A DNA stretch of 64,000 nucleotides from a virus. This document shows positions 48,931 to 57,944 of this stretch, one piece after another (the stretch's first letter is position 1; every line of letters starts with the position of its first letter). A program made the translations under genes and the position numbers. Below the pieces are notes generated by a model. The model did not search any database. It was not told the DNA's origin and worked only from the letters and a program-made list of their open reading frames with translations. The stretch lies in the IMG/VR virus record IMGVR_UViG_3300030085_003750, positions 1 to 64,000 of that record; one strand, 5' to 3'.

Positions 48931-49908
48931 ATGGCATTTTTAGATAACTCAGGCGACATCATTCTTGACGCAGTTTTAACTGACACAGGTAGAATGAGAT
49001 TAGCAAAAGGCGACGGCACTTTCAAGATTGTAAAGTTTGCCCTTGGTGACGACGAGATTGATTACGGTCTCTTTGATAAGAACCATGCAAGTGGTTCAGC
49101 GTACTATGATTTGGCAATCATGCAAACCCCAGTATTGGAAGCATTTACAAATAACACTTCTTTGCTAAAGCACAAACTTATTTCTATGCCACAAACAAAT
49201 CTACTCTATCTTCCAGTTGTCAAGTTAGATGACCAGGCAGACGGCAATGCGGCAGTGAAGGTTCCTTCTAGCACCATTAGTGCTCATGCAACTCAGATGA
49301 CTTCAACAGTCGGCGACCCAGGTACTGGTCTTTACCTTCTTCCTGCTGATGACGAAACCCTCGCATATCTGAAGGGATATTCAATCACTGGCGTTTTGGA
49401 TTCCAGTAAGGCGTTTTTGAAGGCAATGCAAGGTTTGGATACTAGCGATATTTCATACACTAGAGCAATCAGCAGTGATTTAAGAGAGACTCAGTATATC
49501 GTTCAAGTTGACAATAGATTAGCACAAGTAGTCAAGAGCGACAACAATGACAGAACTGCAACAGTTTCTTACATTGACGACGACCAGATTGCTTCCTACT
49601 ATTTCTCGACACAGGATTCTGAATATGTTCGCACGCTAGAGGTTCCGAGTACACAACCAGATATCATCAGAGGTCCACAAGGTTCTGAGGTCATGTTTAA
49701 TCTTTATCGTTCGGAAGAGATTGAGACAAGTACTTCTTTGTTTGCTGAACTCGGCGGTGGCGCAGGCAGTGTAATGACTATTGACAACATTTCAAGTGGT
49801 GACGATGAGTTCTACTACATTGATACAAATGTTAGAATCTCAGGTGCTACGACTGGTAGCAGCATCGACATTCCAGTCAGAGTAATGAAATATTACCGAA
49901 CAGTTTAA
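48931..49908 (+). CDS. Tail/baseplate protein resembling the N-terminal half of the tail-collar (DUF3751-like) domain
   Basis: ILDAVLTDTGRMRLAKG...KIVKFALGDDEIDY. Confidence 0.6.
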   Translation: MAFLDNSGDIILDAVLTDTGRMRLAKGDGTFKIVKFALGDDEIDYGLFDKNHASGSAYYDLAIMQTPVLEAFTNNTSLLKHKLISMPQTNLLYLPVVKLDDQADGNAAVKVPSSTISAHATQMTSTVGDPGTGLYLLPADDETLAYLKGYSITGVLDSSKAFLKAMQGLDTSDISYTRAISSDLRETQYIVQVDNRLAQVVKSDNNDRTATVSYIDDDQIASYYFSTQDSEYVRTLEVPSTQPDIIRGPQGSEVMFNLYRSEEIETSTSLFAELGGGAGSVMTIDNISSGDDEFYYIDTNVRISGATTGSSIDIPVRVMKYYRTV

Positions 49909-49927
49909 TAAAAGAGGATAACAAAAA

Positions 49928-51049
49928 ATGGCATCAACATTTAAAACATTCGTAAGCGACGACATTGCAAACACAAGAACACTTCTTCATGAAGCAATTC
50001 CAATTACAGGTTCTATTGTCAATAGTGTAACATACACCTCGGACGAGAACATCAAATCTTACGGACATGGAATGTTTCAGTCTGTTTATGATTATCCCTA
50101 TACCTCTTCTTCTGCGAATCACATTTTTGATATGACTTATGGTAGTCACTCTACGGACGGCGAGAGCAATCCATTAAATGATTACACGACGAAGAGAAAT
50201 AATATTTACAATCAAATGGCACAAGTTCTTGTCGGACATGATGTTAGCGGAAACATAAGAAAATTCGATGTAGACGGTGACTTAACTGGTGGCACGACTT
50301 ACGATGACTTGTTGTTTTTCAACTTTGCACGACTCCTTGGCAAAGACGAAATTAAAAAAGGTACATTTCTATTAACGCTTGGAGTCACAACATCGCATTC
50401 CGCAACGGTGACCAATATGCATTCCATCCATGCGGCAATAACTGACACTGGTGCAGAGTCTGATTACAGAGTAAACTCACCAGCAGGAGAATACGCTGTC
50501 TTGAGAATAAATGAGGCAACAACAGACGGCGGCGGGTCAGCAGTAGATGCAAATGCAGAGAATGCGCCATGTGGATTAATTTACTATCAGGCAGGAATCG
50601 TGGCACTTGACGCAAAGATTTTAAATCAAAACTCTTCAGCGACACCACAAAATGATGGATATCTTGACAGTGTTACATCTTTGAATGGCACCACAGAGAA
50701 TGAGGCAGAAGAAATCATTGCCTCTGCAACGACCAGTACAGATTCTTTTCTTGGCGATGTTCGCAAAAGAATTGTAAACATTCAGTTCAGCAATACAACT
50801 GAGTTGAATTCAACCATTTACTTTTGCAGAGTTGGGCACAATGACTTCAACTACAGTTCTAACCCAACTTACTTGGAGAACAGCAAGATTCGAGTAAAGA
50901 ACAAGACAACGGATGCCCCTGTTTCTTACATCACGACAGTAGGTTTATACTCAGCAGATAACGAGATGCTTGCAGTTGCAAAATTATCAGAACCACTTCG
51001 TAAAGACCCAACGAACGACATTACTCTCAGAGTCCGTCTTGACTACTAA
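49928..51049 (+). CDS. Tail/baseplate protein with a C-terminal tail-collar-like half domain
   Basis: FNYSSNPT...YITTVGLYSADNEMLAVAKLSEPLRK...LRVRLDY. Confidence 0.6.
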   Translation: MASTFKTFVSDDIANTRTLLHEAIPITGSIVNSVTYTSDENIKSYGHGMFQSVYDYPYTSSSANHIFDMTYGSHSTDGESNPLNDYTTKRNNIYNQMAQVLVGHDVSGNIRKFDVDGDLTGGTTYDDLLFFNFARLLGKDEIKKGTFLLTLGVTTSHSATVTNMHSIHAAITDTGAESDYRVNSPAGEYAVLRINEATTDGGGSAVDANAENAPCGLIYYQAGIVALDAKILNQNSSATPQNDGYLDSVTSLNGTTENEAEEIIASATTSTDSFLGDVRKRIVNIQFSNTTELNSTIYFCRVGHNDFNYSSNPTYLENSKIRVKNKTTDAPVSYITTVGLYSADNEMLAVAKLSEPLRKDPTNDITLRVRLDY

Positions 51050-51067
51050 AAGTTAGGAGGACTAAAA

Positions 51068-52624
51068 GTGTCTTACTATAAGTTTGAACAGAATGACATT
51101 TTCACAAACAGAATCAAGGCACACCCTCGCTCTTATTTCCTTGTTAATGATAGTAAAACTTATTACAACAATGATATCCTGCCAATCCGTTCGGGAACGG
51201 AGACTATTCTCGGTGGCGCACAGGGTGAAATAAGTTTATATGAGATGAACATAAACAGAGACCCAGCAGATGGTCTTATTTATCCCTATGTAACAAAAGA
51301 GGGAACATTGGGGAACTTTAAATCAATCTCAACTGAATCTTTTCAGTCTTTTGATTATGGTACTCAGATTTCAGGTTCCTATCCTTTGAAATCAACTATT
51401 TCAACAGATTACTATACATCTTCTGACAGGGACAGAATCTACGCACTTAAAAATGCTTTTAATTACCACAAGACTCTTAGTAACCATTATGCGTTTGAAA
51501 CAACAGACTGGAACAAGGCAACTCAGGATATAAGACTTATTTCTATTCCATCTATCTTTTATGGTTCATCAATTAAAAAGGGAAGCGTGAAAATGAACCT
51601 TTACATATCTGGTTCTCTTGTGGCAACTGTTGAAGATACTGCGAGAAACGGTGAACTTATTCAGACCTATGAGGCGACTTATATCACTGCACCTGCAACC
51701 GAAGCAGTCGGCAACGTACAGTTCACAAGCGCCAATGCTGCTGACTATGACAATAAAAGGGTGATATTAGAGGATGCAGCGGGCACGGAGGTGACATTTA
51801 TTTTTGATTCAACTGGTACAGAGGGACCAACGGGAACAGTAGATGGTTCAGGGTTTATAGTGGTACAGGTAAGTGGGTTCGTAGCAGTATCTTTGTATCT
51901 ATTGGAGTTTAATACGGCAATTAATTCCAGTTCACTTCAAATAACGCCAAATATTGTACTTCCGTTCGGCATTGTAGGTTTGACTCAGGATTTAAGTGGA
52001 GAATCTGGAAACACAACGATTCAAGACCCTGATTCGATTGCTGGATTTAATATAACACAGTTTGTTGGAGGCAGCGACGCAGTGTCAACAACAGGGCAAG
52101 AAAATAAAGGCAAAGTAGCAGGAGTTGTTCTTTATGATGAGGGGTTTGTTGCGCTTACTGGTTCTTGGGACTTGAATTCCAACACTGAAGACTATGATGG
52201 CGCACCGCTTGCAACACCGAAATGGAAACTTTGGGGCGCTGATGCAGCACCAAGTTCCTCTTGGGATATTGACTTCCTTGGAACAAACTATATTCCAACT
52301 ATGACAATGCTCGCACACGCAAAGCAAGGCGACTTGAACTATTCAAACAATCCAACATTTATTGACTTTGAAGACAGGAACGATGGAGTCGAGGAAGCAC
52401 CACTTTCTCCCAATAAATTCGTCGAAGACAAAGAACTTCACATTGCTAATGTAGTTCAATCTCCTTATCCAAACACTTCTGGTTCATTTGAAAAGACAAC
52501 TTATATCTCTAAGATTGGTATTTACGACGAGAACAAGAATCTTATCGGTATTGCTAAACTTGCTACACCAGTTAAGAAAACAGAGAGCAGACAATACACA
52601 TTCAAAATGAAAGTAGACTTTTAG
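51068..52624 (+). CDS. Tail/baseplate protein, paralog of 49928..51049 with an inserted module
   Basis: IKKGS, GVVLYDEGFVAL, LNYSNNPT...YISKIGIYDENKNLIGIAKLATPVKK...FKMKVDF. GTG start after AGGAGG. Confidence 0.6.
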   Translation: MSYYKFEQNDIFTNRIKAHPRSYFLVNDSKTYYNNDILPIRSGTETILGGAQGEISLYEMNINRDPADGLIYPYVTKEGTLGNFKSISTESFQSFDYGTQISGSYPLKSTISTDYYTSSDRDRIYALKNAFNYHKTLSNHYAFETTDWNKATQDIRLISIPSIFYGSSIKKGSVKMNLYISGSLVATVEDTARNGELIQTYEATYITAPATEAVGNVQFTSANAADYDNKRVILEDAAGTEVTFIFDSTGTEGPTGTVDGSGFIVVQVSGFVAVSLYLLEFNTAINSSSLQITPNIVLPFGIVGLTQDLSGESGNTTIQDPDSIAGFNITQFVGGSDAVSTTGQENKGKVAGVVLYDEGFVALTGSWDLNSNTEDYDGAPLATPKWKLWGADAAPSSSWDIDFLGTNYIPTMTMLAHAKQGDLNYSNNPTFIDFEDRNDGVEEAPLSPNKFVEDKELHIANVVQSPYPNTSGSFEKTTYISKIGIYDENKNLIGIAKLATPVKKTESRQYTFKMKVDF

Positions 52625-53139
52625 TGATATTAGGTTTAGACATTTCAACTTCCATTACAGGCGCAACTTTAATAGACATCAACGGAAACGTTGTTGTGAT
52701 GGAATCAATCGACACACGCAAATACAAGAACTTTTTCGAGAAAGCAGAAAAAGTAAAATTATTCTTGACAAACTTATCAAAAGAGCATAAAGTAGAAGAA
52801 GTATATATTGAGCAATCTCTACAATCTTTTCGTTCGGGATTCTCATCAGCAAAGACACTTTCAACACTTTCACGATTTAACGGAGTTGTAAGTTGGATGT
52901 GCTATTCTATTTGGAATATCGAACCAGAATACCTTGCAGCAACCTCTGCGAGAAAATTGTGTGGGATTAAAGTTCCGAAAGGGCAAAAAGCAAAACCAGT
53001 TGTTTTAGACTTCGTTCTTAACAATGAACCTACCTTTGTGATAGAATATACAAAACAAGGTAATCCCAAACCTGACTCTTTTGATAGAGCAGATAGTTGG
53101 GTTATTGCCCGAGCAGGATTTATGAAAAAAACCACTTGA
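52624..53139 (+). CDS. ruvC: RuvC-like Holliday junction resolvase
   Basis: ILGLDISTSITG, VYIEQ, DRADSWVIA acidic tetrad. Confidence 0.8.
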   Translation: MILGLDISTSITGATLIDINGNVVVMESIDTRKYKNFFEKAEKVKLFLTNLSKEHKVEEVYIEQSLQSFRSGFSSAKTLSTLSRFNGVVSWMCYSIWNIEPEYLAATSARKLCGIKVPKGQKAKPVVLDFVLNNEPTFVIEYTKQGNPKPDSFDRADSWVIARAGFMKKTT

Positions 53140-53164
53140 CTTATCATTTTATTTTTGTTATCTT
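53136..53164 (+). promoter_or_regulatory. Sigma70-type promoter TTGACT-N17-TATCTT with TG extension
   Basis: Same architecture as the 12696 promoter (ACTTGACT...TGT-10); upstream of primase and sbcDC. Confidence 0.55.
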
Positions 53165-53192
53165 ATAAGAAAATAATAATGAGGTTTTATAG

Positions 53193-54128
53193 TTGTCGTC
53201 TAAAATAAGTATTCTAAAAAAAGTAATGGGAAGTTGCTATCACTCTGGTGATGAGGTTTTATTCTTCTGCCCAAAGTGCAAGCACCATAAAAAGAAATTA
53301 TCCGTTAACTTAGACAAAAACAAATTTAAGTGCTGGGTTTGCGAGTTCCGTGGAAACAATGTTCGCCGCTTGATACGTCGCTTTGGTTCGTTTAAGCAGC
53401 AGCAAGAGTGGGCAAAGATTGACGACACCATTGAGATTGCTTCATTTGAAGATGTGTTTTCGACAGAGCAGGAGATTGAAGAAAAGGTAGAACAAGTAAT
53501 TGACTTACCAGAAAACTTTAAAACCTTGTGTTCATCTAACTTGTCTCTTGCAACAAGACCTATCTTTAGATTTTTGCATGAACGTGGTGTAAGTAAACAA
53601 GACATTCTCAAGTGGAAGATGGGATACTGTTCATCAGGAGACTATAAAGAAAGAGTTGTGATTCCGTCATTTAACGAGGACGGAAATATAAACTACTTTA
53701 TTGCCAGAACTTACGGCAATGATTGGATGAAATACAAGAATCCACCAGCAAGTCGAGACATTGTATTCAACGAACTTTATGTTGATTTTGATGATGACTT
53801 AGTGATTGTCGAAGGTGTTTTTGATGCGATTGTTGCAGGCAATGCAGTCCCTATACTTGGTTCTTCTCTGAGAGAAGATTCAAAATTATTGAAGAAAGTA
53901 GTAGAACATGACACGCCAGTTTACATTGCGCTTGACCCTGATGTCGAAGCAAAAGCAATGAGATTAATAAAAAAAATGTTGACATTAGATATAGAAGTCT
54001 ATAAGATAGATATAACTCCATACGCAGATGTAGGGGAGATGACTAAAAAACAATTTAACATAAGAAAGCAGAGCGCTGAACTTATGACTAATGACTCGTT
54101 TTTAGAGCGAGCAATTTTTAGTATTTAG
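53193..54128 (+). CDS. DNA primase (zinc finger + TOPRIM)
   Basis: CPKCKH...FKCWVC; RVVIP; KYKNP; IVEGVFDA; IALDPD; DVGE. Confidence 0.85.
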   Translation: MSSKISILKKVMGSCYHSGDEVLFFCPKCKHHKKKLSVNLDKNKFKCWVCEFRGNNVRRLIRRFGSFKQQQEWAKIDDTIEIASFEDVFSTEQEIEEKVEQVIDLPENFKTLCSSNLSLATRPIFRFLHERGVSKQDILKWKMGYCSSGDYKERVVIPSFNEDGNINYFIARTYGNDWMKYKNPPASRDIVFNELYVDFDDDLVIVEGVFDAIVAGNAVPILGSSLREDSKLLKKVVEHDTPVYIALDPDVEAKAMRLIKKMLTLDIEVYKIDITPYADVGEMTKKQFNIRKQSAELMTNDSFLERAIFSI

Positions 54129-54139
54129 GAGAGTAACAC

Positions 54140-57100
54140 ATGCCAAAGAAGAAAAAGAGTTTTAAACTCGCACACATTTCAGATACGCATATTCGCAACT
54201 TAAAATATCACGATGATTATCGTGTATGTTTTGAGCAGATGTATAATATTCTTCGTGAGGAGAAACCAGATTATATTGTTCACTGTGGAGATGTTGCACA
54301 TACGAAGACTCAACTGTCACCAGAGTTTTTCGAGATGGCAGCAGACTTTTTTGATAGTTTATCAGACATCGCTCCGCTTGTTCTTATTGCTGGTAATCAC
54401 GATGGGAACCTTAAAAATTCAAGTCGTCAAGACGCACTTACGCCAGTCGTTAAGGCACTCGACAAAGACACAATTCACTATCTTAAAAACTCTGGGGAGT
54501 TTTCTCCCTGCAAGGGATTGACTTTCAACGTCCTCTCTGTATTCGACAGAGATAACTGGGTGGAACCTTCTAGTGAAAAATCTATTAATATCGCTCTTTA
54601 TCATGGTGCCATTGCTGGCGTCGAAACGGATATTGGATGGGTAATGGACCACGGAGAGGACGATGTTTCAATCTTTGCTGGACATGACTTTGCTTTCCTT
54701 GGAGACATTCACAAAACAAATCAGATTTTGGATACTGAGGGAAGAGTTCGTTATTGCGGTTCGACAGTTCAGCAAAACTTCGGAGAGACAAACGACAAAG
54801 GTTTTCTTATTTGGGACATCAAGGACAAGGATACTTTTGATGTTCGACATTTTGTTTTAGATAATCCACGTCCCTTTATTACAATTGAACTTACAAAGAC
54901 TGGACGCTTGCCCAAGGCAGCAAACCCACCTGAAGGCGCTCGTCTTCGCATTGTTACTAATCATTCACTTCCTATCGAGAAAGTTCGTAAGGCAATCGAC
55001 GTTACTAAGACTAAGTTTAAACCAGAGTCAGTAACTTTCTTGAATCGAGCAACTGGTTCTCGCTCCAAGGTAAATCTTGATGAAGACTTTGAAAAGTATA
55101 ATTTAAGAGATATTGCTGTTCAAGAACAATTGATTACGGAGTATTTGCAGGACTACCTCTCTGACACTGAAGAGGATAAAGAGATTCTCAAGGAAGTGAT
55201 GGAGATTAATCGAAGGGTAAATGCACAGGCAGAAAGTCAAGAGCGAGCATCCTATCGAAACGTAAATTGGAGCATCAAGACCCTCGAATGGAATAACCTC
55301 TTCAACTATGGAGAAGGGAATAAGATTGACTTTGACAATCTTGGAGGTATCGTTGGTATTTTTGGAAAGAACTTTTCAGGAAAGTCTTCAATCATTGATA
55401 GTCTACTTTGGGTATTGTTCAATACGACAAGTAAGAAGAACAAAAAGTCTATCGACATTGTAAACCAAAATCGTCCTTCTGCTTGGGGCAGGGTTGTCAT
55501 CGAAATGGATAACCGACATTATACTATCGAGAGAACTGCTGATAAATATATCAAGAGGTTGAAAGGTGAAGAAACGGAAGAGGTAAAGACAAATGTAGAA
55601 TTTTCTGTTTATGACTTGGCGACAGAAGAGTCACAACCACTAAATGGTGAAACACGTTCACAGACAGACGATAACATCAGGAAGTTTTTTAGTTCTATTG
55701 ATGATTTTTTGATGACTTCCTTGTCTTCTCAATTGGATTCTCTTGCATTTATCTCCAAGGGTTCAACGGATAGAAAGGCAATTCTCGGAAAGTTTCTTGA
55801 TTTGGAACTCTTTGATACGAAGTATACAATCGCAAAGGGAGAGTCTTCTATTTTAGATGGGAAGATTAAGCACCTTTTGGAACTCCCAGGTGAAGAGGGA
55901 TATGAAGAAGCAATAAAGAGCGCAGAGTCGAAAGTCTTTGTCTGCGAAGAACAGGTAATTAATCAGCAGAAACTGTGCGCTACTCTCACGGAAGAAATTA
56001 ACGAGATGACAATGAGAGTCATGAAAATTGAGACCCGTCTTGATTCGACTCCTATTCAAAAGATTATTGATGTCGGTGAAGTGAAGCAAAATATTTCTAA
56101 GCAGAGAGAAGATATCGACTTGCTGAATAAGGCAAATGAAGAATTAGAAGGAAAGATAAAGAATAACGATTTGGTTCTGAAAAAGATTGATGATTTTATC
56201 GAGACTTTCGACTATCAATCGTGGAAAAACAAAAAGCAGGACATGGAAGACCTTCGTGCAGAATTAAAACAAGCAGAGAGAAATCTTTCCTCTTTCGAAC
56301 GAGAACAGAGGAGTATTTTTGAGAAGAGAAATCTTTTACAACAAGTACCTTGTGGTCCAGAATATTCACACTGTAGATTCATTCACTCTGCATATGAGAA
56401 GTTGAAGGAAGAGAAAGAAATTGACACCAAAGTATCAGACTGCAAAAACACAATTAGTAATCGACTGATACGGATAGAGGAGTTAGAACCAGACACGATT
56501 GATAAGTATTTGACTCAGTATGAAGAAGTAATTAAAAAGAGGCACTCTCAAAGAGAAGAGGTTTCCAATTTAGAACTCGAAGTTGCAAAGAATAAGACAA
56601 CTCTTGTTCGCCTTCGAACTACACTCAACTCTCTTCTTGAAGACGTTAGACTTTACGAGGAGAATGAAAAAGTTCTTAAAGAGTTTGCGATTCTTACTAA
56701 AGAGAGAGATGGGTTGGTTATTAAAAAAGAAAAGATGGAACGAGAACTGAATGAGTGTAAGAAAGAAACTGCCGAACTGAGCAAGAAGCAAGGTATCATT
56801 GAAGGAACTGTTTCTAACTTGACAGATAGTTACGCAGCATTGCAATTAGCAAGAAAAGAATATTCTGCTTACGACTTGTATCGTAAGGCAATGGGTTCTA
56901 ACGGCGTGTCTCTTGATATTATCAAAAAGGAACTTCCCATCATCAATGACGAGATTGCTAAGATTCTTGCCAACGTTGTAAACTTTGAAGTTTTCTTGGA
57001 GAACGAAGAAAAGCAACTTAAAGTTCTTATTAAACATCCAAGTTTTGAACCTCGTCCCTTGGAGATGGGGTCGGGTGCCGAGAAGACGATAGCAGCGATG

Positions 57101-57340
57101 GCAATACGACTTGCATTCATTAATGTATCTTCTCTTCCCATCGGTGACATCTTTATTCTTGATGAACCAGGCACGGCACTTGATGAGGAAAACATGGAAG
57201 GTTTTATTAGAATCTTAGATTTAGTAAAATCTCACTTTAAGAATGTTATTCTTATCTCTCACCTTGATTCTCTCAAAGATGCTGTGGACTTACAAATCTC
57301 TATTGAGAAGAAAGACAAGTTCGCTTTTGTTAATCAGTAA
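54140..57340 (+). CDS. Fused SbcD-SbcC (Mre11-Rad50; T4 gp47-gp46-like) recombination nuclease/ATPase
   Basis: Phosphoesterase motifs ISDTH, CGDV, GNHD, YHG, GDIH. ABC motifs GKNFSGKSS, Q-loop SSQ, GSGAEK, FILDEP..ALD, LISH. Long coiled coil between them. Confidence 0.9.
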   Translation: MPKKKKSFKLAHISDTHIRNLKYHDDYRVCFEQMYNILREEKPDYIVHCGDVAHTKTQLSPEFFEMAADFFDSLSDIAPLVLIAGNHDGNLKNSSRQDALTPVVKALDKDTIHYLKNSGEFSPCKGLTFNVLSVFDRDNWVEPSSEKSINIALYHGAIAGVETDIGWVMDHGEDDVSIFAGHDFAFLGDIHKTNQILDTEGRVRYCGSTVQQNFGETNDKGFLIWDIKDKDTFDVRHFVLDNPRPFITIELTKTGRLPKAANPPEGARLRIVTNHSLPIEKVRKAIDVTKTKFKPESVTFLNRATGSRSKVNLDEDFEKYNLRDIAVQEQLITEYLQDYLSDTEEDKEILKEVMEINRRVNAQAESQERASYRNVNWSIKTLEWNNLFNYGEGNKIDFDNLGGIVGIFGKNFSGKSSIIDSLLWVLFNTTSKKNKKSIDIVNQNRPSAWGRVVIEMDNRHYTIERTADKYIKRLKGEETEEVKTNVEFSVYDLATEESQPLNGETRSQTDDNIRKFFSSIDDFLMTSLSSQLDSLAFISKGSTDRKAILGKFLDLELFDTKYTIAKGESSILDGKIKHLLELPGEEGYEEAIKSAESKVFVCEEQVINQQKLCATLTEEINEMTMRVMKIETRLDSTPIQKIIDVGEVKQNISKQREDIDLLNKANEELEGKIKNNDLVLKKIDDFIETFDYQSWKNKKQDMEDLRAELKQAERNLSSFEREQRSIFEKRNLLQQVPCGPEYSHCRFIHSAYEKLKEEKEIDTKVSDCKNTISNRLIRIEELEPDTIDKYLTQYEEVIKKRHSQREEVSNLELEVAKNKTTLVRLRTTLNSLLEDVRLYEENEKVLKEFAILTKERDGLVIKKEKMERELNECKKETAELSKKQGIIEGTVSNLTDSYAALQLARKEYSAYDLYRKAMGSNGVSLDIIKKELPIINDEIAKILANVVNFEVFLENEEKQLKVLIKHPSFEPRPLEMGSGAEKTIAAMAIRLAFINVSSLPIGDIFILDEPGTALDEENMEGFIRILDLVKSHFKNVILISHLDSLKDAVDLQISIEKKDKFAFVNQ

Positions 57341-57341
57341 A

Positions 57342-57371
57342 CTATTTATCCTTATGAGGGCATCGCCCTCA
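57342..57371 (+). promoter_or_regulatory. Late-promoter motif CTATTTA (57342-57348) followed by a 7-bp stem-loop (57355-57371) just upstream of the holin RBS
   Basis: TGAGGGC-atc-GCCCTCA perfect inverted repeat; AGGAGGA at 57374-57380. No U-tract follows, so this is not a typical terminator. Confidence 0.5.
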
Positions 57372-57384
57372 ATAGGAGGATAAT

Positions 57385-57579
57385 ATGATGACAGAACAAG
57401 TAAAGGCATTCGCAGACAAATACGTTGAGAGGTTTATCTCTCGTAAGTTCCTTGCATGGATTGCAGCATCAACACTAGCATTATACGGGGTTCTTTCTTC
57501 TTCGGACTGGACTCAACTTACAATGGTTTATATTGGTTCACAGGCAGCAGTTGACTTAGTTAAGAGTTTGAAGGGATAA
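57385..57579 (+). CDS. Putative holin (two transmembrane segments)
   Basis: 64 aa; SRKFLAWIAASTLALYGVL and WTQLTMVYIGSQAAVD; basic C-terminus; Met-Met start. Confidence 0.55.
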   Translation: MMTEQVKAFADKYVERFISRKFLAWIAASTLALYGVLSSSDWTQLTMVYIGSQAAVDLVKSLKG

Positions 57580-57944
57580 TGCAGAAGTTCTGGATTTGGT
57601 TAAAAACAAACTGGGTTGTTCCTTTTGCTGCTGCTCTTGTTGTGATTAGTTATTTCGCAGGCAATCAGGGAAAGACAAGTCTGAAAGAAATGATGAAGGC
57701 GCAAAAAGAAGACTACGAGACTCAACTTAGAGTTTTAGAAGAGAAGCGAGAGAAAGAAAAGAAAATCATGGAAGATTATAAAAAGTCCTTGCAACTTCTC
57801 CAAGAAAAGCATAAAGTAAAAGAAGAAGAAATTAAGTTTGAGAACCGAGCAAAACTAATGGAAACCATAAAAAAGAACGAAGAAAAACCAATAGAAGATA
57901 TCGCCGACGACTTTGCAAAAAGATTTAACCTTGAAAGGGTGTGA
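57579..57944 (+). CDS. Putative i-spanin-like protein (N-terminal TM + coiled coil)
   Basis: WVVPFAAALVVISYFAG followed by a charged coiled coil; coupled to the holin-like gene. Confidence 0.45.
   Translation: MQKFWIWLKTNWVVPFAAALVVISYFAGNQGKTSLKEMMKAQKEDYETQLRVLEEKREKEKKIMEDYKKSLQLLQEKHKVKEEEIKFENRAKLMETIKKNEEKPIEDIADDFAKRFNLERV

Noticed and set aside
57355-57371. Hairpin as a rho-independent terminator for sbcDC
   Set aside because: No U-tract follows, and it lies downstream of a putative late promoter next to the holin RBS, so a 5'-UTR structure fits better.
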